From the NCBI GenBank assembly GCA_000442015.1, contig KE560993.1, positions 1 through 58,164 of the forward strand: a DNA stretch of 58,164 nt, written 5' to 3'. Source of the DNA: Rozella allomycis CSF55 (taxonomy: Eukaryota). Below, piece after piece: positions 1-9,548 of the stretch (position 1 is its first letter; each line of letters opens with the position of its first letter). The position numbers and the translations under genes are program-made. Below the pieces are notes generated by a model. That model saw only the letters and a list, made by a program, of their open reading frames with translations. It did no database searches and had not been told where the DNA came from.

Positions 1-1070
1 TTGATAGCAGGCGGACTTAAATTTTCAACGCCAGCCAACTTTTGCTGGAACTGCTGCACAGTTATCTTTTTCTGTAACAGCTCGTCGATAGCACCGTCAT
101 ACACAGACTCTTTCAAGATCTTATCGATTCCGGCAACATAGCGTTGATCATTGAGCAAATTTGACTTTTGACTCCAAACAGCCAATCTATTGAGTGCCAA
201 TCTCGAGCTATCGTCCACGCCGCTATATTTTGCCAGTTCAGTAACATAGCTTTTAAATGCTTCCGGCGATATCCTCTTTTCGAGTGGTGCGGACCCCAGT
301 TTTCCAGAATACAGGGCCTCGTTTATATCAGCTTTCTCAATAACCGGCTTCACTTGACCATAATACGTAGCTGCCTGATCAGGAATCCTATTCTGCACCC
401 ATTTCGACAGTTCAGAAATTCCCCTATACCTGTCCAGCCCATCAGCGGTGTATAGTTTCATTATGGCTTCCTGGAACCCGCGTGGCGAAATTTGAGGAAT
501 CTTGCGTACCTCTGTAGCAAACTGATCAACGCTGATTTGCCTGTTCCGCAGCATGTCCGTAAAATACGCCAGCTTCTTATCGCGCAGCTGGTCCATTGCC
601 TGTTGTTTAGCATCGGGCGCGAGTGGCAATTCCGACATCCGTTTCCTGATTGTTTCAAACTGCTCCGGAGTAAGAGTGCCAACCTCGCCCATCCTACTCT
701 GCAGCATATCAGGGCTGACTCCCTTGATATCAATGTATGCCATTAGCTTGCCGAATGCGAGTTCATTAACCAGCATGTCTTTGGACGCCAGCTGATGTGA
801 CTTTGCCCAGTTTGATAGATTATTCAGAGCGCGTAATTTGAGTTCCGGGTCTGATGTAGCTTGGATCGAGGCTGCGAGTTTTCTGAATGATTCTGGCTCC
901 ATGGAACTGAACTGGTTCAGGTACCCGCCGAGCATCTTGTATTTGACGTACCGCTCGATCTGTGGTTGGGTGAGGGTTTTGATCTCGTTGGGATCGACGT
1001 AGACTGATTCCGCGGATGTTATAGATAGTATTGTAAAAACGAAGAGAATAGACAGTAGTGTATTGTGCAT
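1..1070 (-). CDS. Intronless secreted alpha-helical repeat protein, 3'-truncated by the window edge (candidate effector)
   Basis: ATG at 1070; frame open to position 1, so absent from the ORF track. Begins MHNTLLSILFVFTILSITSA|ES (signal-peptide-like); GC higher than neighbours. Confidence 0.8.
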   Translation of the reverse strand, partial: MHNTLLSILFVFTILSITSAESVYVDPNEIKTLTQPQIERYVKYKMLGGYLNQFSSMEPESFRKLAASIQATSDPELKLRALNNLSNWAKSHQLASKDMLVNELAFGKLMAYIDIKGVSPDMLQSRMGEVGTLTPEQFETIRKRMSELPLAPDAKQQAMDQLRDKKLAYFTDMLRNRQISVDQFATEVRKIPQISPRGFQEAIMKLYTADGLDRYRGISELSKWVQNRIPDQAATYYGQVKPVIEKADINEALYSGKLGSAPLEKRISPEAFKSYVTELAKYSGVDDSSRLALNRLAVWSQKSNLLNDQRYVAGIDKILKESVYDGAIDELLQKKITVQQFQQKLAGVENLSPPAI

Positions 1071-1288
1071 TTTTTGTGACATTTGTTACACATTATGGGG
1101 GATGAAACGCTTTAAAGTATTAATAGCAACTGTGAATAAAAATGGCAAACATGTCTCTAAAATAAATAAAATAATCATTCAAAACTATTTATTTCGTTAA
1201 TAATTATTTCACATAAAATAAAACGAACGCTCTTATTTACTCTACAAAAATATTTTCCATTTCTTTTAGACCCTTGCAAAGATAAAAG

Positions 1289-1858
1289 ATGTCTGACGAA
1301 GAGAACAAGCCAACGAGCGGTAAGCAACATTTACAGAGAAATATAGAAAATGTGTCTGTAGAAGCAATTGAAACTGCAGAAGAGGTGACCGAGGAGCCGG
1401 AAGTAGTGACCGGAGAGAATACAGAGGAGGCTGTTACTGAGGAGCCAGCTGGAGAGGAGAATAGTGAGCCAGATAACAGTGAGCCTGTTGAGGGAAATAG
1501 TGAAGAGCCAGCTGAAGAGCCAGCTGAAGAGCAAGAGGAAAATAGTGAAGAGAATGAAGAACCTGTTGAAGAGGAGCAAGAAGACAACGCCGAAGAACCT
1601 GTTGAAGAAGCAGAAGAAGAACAAGTAGAAAAAACTACTAGAACACCCCGCAAAAGAAAGGTAATAATTTAATAATGTTTGAGATAGAAAAAGGTTGATA
1701 GTGATGAAGAGGACTATGCACAGGGTGCGCCAAGTGATGATGAGTTGGCAACATTAGATTCAAGAAATATAATTCCAGGAGGCAGAAGGACCAGAGGAAA
1801 GAAGATAGATTTTAAAAAGCTGGTGGGAGATGATGATGAGGATGAAGATGATGAATAA
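1289..1858 (+). CDS. CHZ1: Chz1-like H2A.Z-H2B histone chaperone (acidic, CHZ motif), 2 introns
   Basis: After the intron starting at 1661 the frame reads DDELATLDSRNIIPGGRRTRGKKIDF, the CHZ-domain signature; Glu-rich N-terminus; TAA at 1856-1858. Confidence 0.8.
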
Positions 1859-1934
1859 AGTGTAACTAACCAAATAAACATAGTTAATTTTAAAGAGATA
1901 CAGAATTGAAATAATGATACATAATGATACTATA

Positions 1935-2025
1935 CAACTTTTTAAATTTTCAACTTTTAATATTTTTAAATTTTCAACTTTTAATATTTTCAAATACTCA
2001 ACTTTAAAATATTCAATTTTAAAAT
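1935..2025. repeat. Degenerate ~24-bp AT-rich tandem repeat between the convergent CHZ1 and SPT16 genes
   Basis: aaattttcaacttttaatattttt-like unit repeated about 3 times. Confidence 0.7.
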
Positions 2026-2029
2026 TTAT

Positions 2030-5000
2030 TTATTTCTTGACCTTTTTTGGAACACTAGTTTTACCTAGCTAAAAGAAATTCAAATTAATTACCTTCCAAT
2101 AAAATTCTCTTCTTTTCTTTTTCCTTTTCTTCTCTTCTAGTTTGTTCTTCTAGATCATCCCAATCCAATCCATCTTCATCTTCCTCATCCTCATCTTCTT
2201 CCGCATCGTCATCTTCATCAAACTCTTCATCATCGTCAAAATCTGATTCATTTGATTCAGACTCGTTGAACTGCTCATCGTTGAATTCAGAGCCAGATTC
2301 AGAAGACACGTGCTCTTCATCTTGCTGCTCAACATCATCGCCTCTAGCGAAATTCCAGCCGCCCATTTCATAGAAACCAATTGGATCTTCTTTGACTACT
2401 TTTAAGAGATTGTTCCAGTTAAAGTTGACGGGTGCTTCAGCATAGGCGACATCCATGGAATCTAGCCAATCTTTGATGTGTTCTAGACTATTCATTGGGA
2501 TTGAATTGATGTGCACTGGTTGAAGATTGTGATTCTTAAAGACAAACACTAGATCAAAGTTCTTTAATCCAAACTAGAATTTGAATAGAGTTGAATTGTT
2601 ACAGAAACTCTTTCTAACAATGCTAATTCAACATCAGGCAAAGTAACAACGAGAAAAGGAGTGTCTGTTAAATGAACGAGACATTCAGTTGTTGGTTGCA
2701 TTAAAACATTTTGTCTAAAAGGAACTCCATTAAAACCTTATTTTTAATTGAAAGTGTGTGATTACCTAATTATTAAATGATCATCTTTCAATTACCTATT
2801 CTTAAATCATCACCTTTTCAATTACCTATTCTTAAATTATCACCTTTTCAATTACCTAATTCTCTGAATGGAATGTCAACTTCAATGTTGGATTGCTCCA
2901 TAACCTTTTCAGCAAATTGCTTAAATTCAGAATTGATTCTCGCTCTTCTTTTTCTTTCTTCTTGTTCTTGAATCAATTCATCTTCATCAGCGTAATTGTT
3001 TCTTCTCTTTCCTCTACCGCCAGTTTCATCATAACTCAAATCAGTCACTTCTCTATAAAACTGTACATCCTTTTTTCAACATTAAAACTAGTTAATTACC
3101 TTTGTCTTCTTTTTACCAATTAGAATTGGATTCTTTAAATGAATATGAAGAATAGCAATCAATTCATTATCACACGGCTGAAAGAATAAATGTTTAATAT
3201 TAGAAAAGATTAAATCCAACTTGAAATCTCTCTTAACAAACGAAGTAAATCTCAACCCATTCGAATGAATTTCAATAGACCCCTCTGATCTCTTTCCATC
3301 AATTGGTCTCACATAAACATCTTTTAACACCAACAATTTATTTTTAGATTCAATTAGTTTCTCTTGCTCTACTAGATCAGCCATTTCCTTCTTTTCTGTT
3401 GCCTTCTTTGTTATCATTTTTCTCAACTCGTTGATATCTTTAAACACTTCTGTTAATCTAATAACATCACTAGACTTGAATGATATCGTTCTAATGTATT
3501 GCAACACAAACTCTTCAACGGAATTCTCATTCACTTCCTTTTTCACGGGAGTATTAAAATTTATTCTCAACAAAATCCCATCGCCTTCATCTGACTTTGT
3601 CGCATTCTTGATCGTTGAAATATGAAATGGAACTGCCAACCCATAAATTGGCAACACTACACTCTCTGCTCTCTTATCTACAAAGATCTTCAAATTAGAA
3701 ACTTCTCGAGGCAACAATGCTTCTCTCTTGTAACTCTCAAAATTATTCATCTCTTCAACAACCTTGTTATTCTCTGAATTATTCTTCTTGTACAAACTCA
3801 ACATCTCCTTGTTCAATCTCTCATGCAACTCATGCTGATGCTCCCTCCTCTTGTTCTCATTCAACTCCTCCTTTTCTTCAGTCCTCAACTTACTCCTCAA
3901 CACCTTCGTCTTTGACACTTGCTGCTTCTCTTCTTGCTCCCCAATCTCAAACGTTATCTCTTTCAGTCTCTTTGGTGCATCAGTCAATATTATAGGCTCA
4001 GTTGATGTCACCTTGATCGTATCAGCTACAAACAACGAATAATCTTTCTAATCCAAAACTAAATTCATTACTTTCTCCTTGAATCTCTAAATCTTGAAAT
4101 CCAATCGCTAAATTCAAAGTCATTCCACTAACAATTTCATTCTCATTCTTTCCATTAATCGTAAAATCTCCTTCTTTAAATTCTAAGCCAATCCCAAACC
4201 CAAAATTCTTCACCAATTTACTCTTCAATTCTGGTCTATTCTTTTCCACAAACTCAACCCCCTTCATGTAAACATCTTTAATTAAAACCCCATCTCTTAT
4301 CAACCCCAACACATATCGTTGCAATTCAATCAGAAATTCATAATTCTCTTCTTGCTCCTTTTTCGGATCAACAAAAAATGTTCTGCCCAAATTACTACAA
4401 TAACTTTTATAGCGAACTCCCATAAAACATATTATCGTCCCAAACTTCATTATATCAGAATTAGAAACCGCACTAGGCTTCAAATTATACTTGCCCCCAC
4501 TCTGTATAACTGGCGTATAGCAAATATCCAAATAGTTCTCATCAACCTCCTTGTTCAACCGCAACTTTTTCCTCTTCTTCTCATCCACAAAATACCCCTC
4601 AATGTTCCCACTAAAATCTTCATGCTTCACATTCCTCTCCTCATCAATTATTCTCATCAAATCATTCACAACATTATTCTTCATCGCTTCACTAACAACC
4701 TTGGCTGCTATACGCGTATTATTCTACTCTCATCTCTGCAACCACATTACCAATCCCTCTTCATCCTTCACTGCCAACACAGTCGATATCCCAAACGTCA
4801 CATCAACCCGTTCAAACTCTTTCATCTTCTCAACACACTTGCCATACACACGTCCACTAAACACATCCTTATTCAACATCCCAACTACCCTCTCTCACAT
4901 CACCCCTAGCATCTTACCCCATTCCTGCTCTTCTTCACATACCCAACAAACTCTTCAAATATCTCCTCCTCATTGCTCCCATCCTTGGCCCGCTTCAACA

Positions 5001-5401
5001 ACACAACCGGTATCTGCTTCTCACTCATCTTCACTACCAACGGCTCCAAATAACTCGCTACAAATCCCCAAAAAATATCACATACCCTTCTTCTGACTAG
5101 TCAAAACAACAAACACATCGCCAGTCAAACACATAACTGTCTCGGGAAACTCGGCTCCAAACAGCCACGTCTACCTCCAACAATCAAAAATCATTTACCT
5201 GCAAACAAGTCGTCTTTTGGTATGGGAGCTCCTCATTACTCTCCCCTGAAGCTACAACCAGCGCATCCGCGTGGTGGAAATACACATCTTCAGACTCGCG
5301 ACTCGCATTCTTTGCTTAGTCAAACGCAGAATTACCTTGAAATGAGTATGCAACAGGCGCAGCCGGCGGTGGAACAGTTTTTGGTCGATTTGGAACGACA
5401 T
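2030..5401 (-). CDS. SPT16: FACT complex subunit Spt16 (multi-exon)
   Basis: Motifs [73 protein letters not shown] and an acidic tail; ATG at 5401 ([14 protein letters not shown]). Confidence 0.95.
2737..2855 (-). other. Composite 119-nt intron made of four abutting GTAAT...AG units (30/30/30/29 nt)
   Basis: Minus strand: G|GTAATTGAAAAGGTGATAATTTAAGAATAG|GTAATTGAAAAGGTGATGATTTAAGAATAG|GTAATTGAAAGATGATCATTTAATAATTAG|GTAATCACACACTTTCAATTAAAAATAAG|GT. Removal restores RELG-FNGVP. Confidence 0.9.
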
Positions 5402-5576
5402 TTTTAACAAGGGTTTTTGGAAATTGGAGAAATAGGAGCTACAGAGTGTAATGAAATTAAGGCTTTTAGAGGCTTTAAATTCTTAATGACATTAATTTTA
5501 ACTGTTAAATTTAATACAAAATAAAAAGAAACTAATACTTTGAATATTCAAATTTAATAAAATTCCTTCAAAATTC

Positions 5577-6191
5577 CTACCCGACCAAACCCATTGTGAA
5601 GGTAGAATCTACTCTGGAATCTGCAAGCAAAAGTTTAACAACATCTGCATGACCTTTACTAGAAGCCCACTGAATAGCATAATTGCCGTTTGCACTTGGG
5701 TCTACTCTTGGATCTGTTAAAAGGTACTTCACAATCTCAGTGTGACCATTTCTTGCCGCTAGTCTTATCGCATAATTTCCGTCTGCTGAAGGATCTGTCT
5801 GAACACCTTTCTTAAATCTAAAGTCACGGTCTTGAAAAAATTGTAAAAGATCACATAGGCACGCAAACTGAAATGCGTAGTTAACGGCTTTTTGAGAAAT
5901 GTCATGTTGTTTTAGGAAGTTTAAGAAATGCACAAACCTTTTCCTGTGCTCACTGTCTTTAAGGATATCCTCACAGATATTTTTCGTGAGCGAAATACCG
6001 CACATTTGTTTAATTCTATATTGAATTACGTATGGGCATTTCCATGAAATAATCATTTCAGGATCTTGATGAAGAATATAGTCCAAGATGAGTAAACGAA
6101 TGCAGCGCGATGTTCTAAACATTTGTTTCATATCATTTAGGCTTAAGTGCGATAAAATTACAAGCCAAACCTCATGCGGGAAATAATCCAT
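5577..6191 (-). CDS. Intronless F-box plus ankyrin-repeat protein
   Basis: N-terminal FPHEVWLVILSHLSLNDM (F-box-like); two C-terminal DPSAxGNYAIxxAxxxGHxxxVKxLL ankyrin repeats. Confidence 0.8.
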   Translation of the reverse strand: MDYFPHEVWLVILSHLSLNDMKQMFRTSRCIRLLILDYILHQDPEMIISWKCPYVIQYRIKQMCGISLTKNICEDILKDSEHRKRFVHFLNFLKQHDISQKAVNYAFQFACLCDLLQFFQDRDFRFKKGVQTDPSADGNYAIRLAARNGHTEIVKYLLTDPRVDPSANGNYAIQWASSKGHADVVKLLLADSRVDSTFTMGLVG

Positions 6192-6230
6192 TTTCAAATG
6201 TGGCTGAAAAGGTTTTTCAAATATTTAGAA

Positions 6231-6418
6231 GGTACTCCGGTGGTCTACACCACGATGCTTACAGGTGCATGGTTCGAACCCCACCCTTGTTTCCGAATTT
6301 TCTGGGGTTTTTAGGTTGAAGCAGGGTTCGACTCCTTGGTGATTTTGACGATGTGGATCCCTCATCCTTAATAAATACGATTATTGAATTAATTGTATAT
6401 ATTTAAAATATAAAAAAA
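6231..6418 (+). mobile_element. tRNA-derived SINE-like element, copy 1
   Basis: A-box-like GGTGGTCTA, B-box GGTTCGAACCC at 6271, second B-box-like GGTTCGACTCC, A-rich tail; homologous to 37433-37570 on the minus strand. Confidence 0.65.
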
Positions 6419-7475
6419 CAATAAACTTTCTTCGTCTAAAGCTGAAGTTGAAACTCTTTCCATTCAAATTAACGGCATTAGAATAAATGATGAAACAACC
6501 AAAGGAATATCAGCCCTCGTCTCATTTAAGAAATCTACAAGACTTAGACTAGAAATATTTGTACAGAATCATGATATTGAAGCAGTGGTTTATTATTTGA
6601 GTATATTATTTATAGAACTAACAACTTATCTACTAGTAGAGTACAATTTAGATGAGTAGGCGGTTTGCAGCGGAGTCAAAGAAGTGACAGAGTAAGATCT
6701 GGGACATAATCAGACTCCGTTGCTAAATACCCTATTATATGTTTATTGCGGGAAATTGTGCTTTTCGAATGTGACGGAGGCCAAGGTTTAGGTACTGAAA
6801 TCCTATCAGTTTAACTATTCGTATAGCGCATAATCATATTCCCAATTTCCTATGTTTTTAAATCAATAATTAGGAAAGTTATTCAATAATGATATTGTCC
6901 TATTGTTAAGTTTCCAACGCAAAGAAATGCAGTGCGAATATCTATTTCATCTCCACGTAAGGTTAGTTAAGGCTTAAAACTCCTCAAGCCAGACTTGTTA
7001 AAGGAATGTAAAGTTGTACAAAACATTCTTAAAAGGTATACAGATCACTTCCACCTCTAAGCACTTAATTTAAACAGATACATAATATCAATGAGAACTT
7101 TGATCACTTCGAGTTCTTGGAGAAGCTTGTTTTCTTAGTCCTGACACCTAAACGGACTTAAGTATTCATATTTTAATTTGCGGTGAAGGGTATAACTTTG
7201 GAATTAACGTTTTCGCAAAGGCCACCAGATATTGCTATAGCCTATAGTAAAGTAATTTGATTTTTCTAAAGCCTTAGTTTCTAGCTCTTTTAAAATTATT
7301 GCTACTCTCTCACAAATCCCTTCGATTTGCTCTTCCCAGTCTATTTATAGACCAATTAATTATGAATATTTGATATATTATTATTATGTAAAAAAATATT
7401 TATATTAGCCGTTGGCTTTAAGCTTTTTTTTCGTGTAACTCAATCTCCGTTGGAAAGTAAAAATTGAAGGTAGTT

Positions 7476-7781
7476 TTATTGATAAAAGAATTTGTCTGAA
7501 TCTTCATCAAATATCTCCTTTGGATAGTAATTCTTGCCATAGTCAAAAAAGTCTTTGCGGTTGGCTATGTTGCCATAAAAATTCTTCCCGTAATTGAACA
7601 TGTCGTCTGTCGGAAACCACAGACTATACTCCTTTGATTCGTATAAATTAGTGTTTCTGGATCTGCTTTCTGTACTGCGCTTTGAAAATTTATTGCGCCG
7701 AAGGCTCTCAAGGGGGATTTTTGATGAGTTAACGGACATAATTATGGATATAAGGATACAAAAAAACCTATTTAGGTGCAT
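7476..7781 (-). CDS. Small secreted protein or peptide precursor with an internal repeat
   Basis: Signal-like MHLNRFFCILISIIMSVNS, dibasic RR/KR/RK sites, repeat DMFNYGKNFY / DFFDYGKNYY. Confidence 0.6.
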   Translation of the reverse strand: MHLNRFFCILISIIMSVNSSKIPLESLRRNKFSKRSTESRSRNTNLYESKEYSLWFPTDDMFNYGKNFYGNIANRKDFFDYGKNYYPKEIFDEDSDKFFYQ

Positions 7782-7991
7782 GTTTTTGGGGGCATTAAAG
7801 GGTCTTTAATAACTTTGATGACAGAGGGATTGACAGTTTTCAATTATTCGTTGATCGATCATGTTTCCAGTCAGCTTCTTTTTGAAATGGGAAATTGGGA
7901 ATACATTACTGTCAAAGTTATCGCCTAAATTAACACCACGAAAATTTAATTTAAAGAATGAGTCAAAGTTCATGGCTTGGCTTTGGTCGCT

Positions 7992-9310
7992 ATGCAATTC
8001 CGACCCTTCCAAAGTTCCGTGAAATTATTTCAATCCACTTTATCAGTAAACTCAACCCATTCATATATCCAGGCAAAGCAAATCTTAATTGCTAAAACAT
8101 CCAATCCGAAATCCAAGCTCCCAAACCACCAATTAGTTTTTGGCCACACATTCACCGATCACATGCTGGAGATAGATTGGTCCCAAAAATCAGGATGGGA
8201 AAAACCTACAATCCACGAGTTTGCAAACCTGAATCTGAGTCCCGCTTCAGTGGTGTTCCACTATGGCTCAGAGGTGCGCTTATTGTTGTGTGTTGATACA
8301 GTGCTTTGAAGGATTAAAAGCATATAAAGACAAGAATGGAGAAATTCGAATGTTCCGACCGATGAAAAATATGGACCGGCTGTACTTGTCCGCCGAAAGA
8401 CTCGCGCTACCAGTAATCATTGAATGTTTGGAATACAGACCTTTGACAAGAATGAAGTGTTGGAATGCATGAAAAAGTTGGTCAAGATTGATTCATCTTG
8501 GATTCCAAGGGAAAGGGGATACTCATTATATATAAGGCCTACTTTAATTGCCACTCAGGTAAGTTGCCCAATCGAGAATTTCAAGGACACGTTAGGGGTT
8601 GGACCGTCAGCGAAAGCCAAGTTTTTTACAATAATGAGCCCAGTGGGGCCATATTTTAAGAGTGGATTTGCGCCAGTTTCTTTAGTTGCTGATAACAGGT
8701 ACGCCAGGGCATGGCCTGGTGGAGTTGGGTCATTTAAAGTGGGCGGGTAGCTAAATAGTGTAAAAGTTATAGAAATTATGCACCATGTATCAAGCCGCAG
8801 TTAGAAGCGGCAACTAAAGGGTACCACCAAAACTTGTGGCTGTTTGGCGAGGAACTAACGGAGGTGGGAACTATGAATTGTTTTGTGTTTTGGAAAAATG
8901 AAAACGGCGGTAAGTTTTTAGTATTTGAATGAAAGAACGTGAATTGATTACACCACATTTGGATGGAACTATTTTGCCAGGAGTCACTCGAGACAGTATT
9001 TTGACGTTGACGCGAGAATGGAAGGAGTTTAAAGTTACTGAAGGCAGAATAACTATGAGCCAGTTAATTCGAGCAATTAAAGAGAATCGAGTAACGATTT
9101 GGCGGTTAGATGGATTAGTTAATTGAGATGTTTGGTGCAGGAACTGCATGTATTGTATGCCCTATCGAGCGAATTAACTATAAAGGCATTGATTATAAGA
9201 TTCCGATTGACGAAAATCTAAAGGCTGGAAAACTGACAAAACGATTGATGGATACGATTCTTGCCATTCAGTATGGCGAAGTTGATCATGAATGGTCTAT
9301 AAAATTGTAG
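7992..9310 (+). CDS. BAT1: Branched-chain amino-acid aminotransferase, probably mitochondrial, 6 introns
   Basis: [65 protein letters not shown]. Confidence 0.95.
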
Positions 9311-9548
9311 AGTTTCGGGGCTAGATTTTAAACGAAATAAACAGCTTAAACAAATAGTTAGTCGAGTAGATATTTGTAATTTTTACTAAATTGGTTTTAA
9401 ATTGATATTATAATCAATTTGATTCCTACTTTCACTCTTTACTTTAAATTTCCCGCTATATCATATGCTATAATATGCTAAATTATTTGTTGATATTATA
9501 TCGTGTATATTCTTCGAATTGTTTCCATCTAATTTAGTAAATTTCCAA

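Noticed and set aside
168-795. Several short ORFs listed in the track
   Set aside because: Antisense or off-frame shadows of the real minus-strand ORF 1-1070; the same applies to most short overlapping ORFs elsewhere.
2737-2860. 30-bp periodic repeat as a CRISPR-like array
   Set aside because: No spacers, eukaryotic context, and the units coincide with splice sites.
6231-6335. tRNA gene suggested by the GGTTCGAACCC motif
   Set aside because: No complete cloverleaf or acceptor stem; better explained as a SINE-like head.
6420-7470. Long gene-free stretch (also 19850-20300 and 52400-52850), possibly decayed elements or ncRNAs
   Set aside because: No motif, repeat or structure that I could support by eye.
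7806-8012. Short minus-strand ORF head-to-head with BCAT
   Set aside because: No recognisable motifs; probably the promoter or UTR of the 7476-7781 gene.
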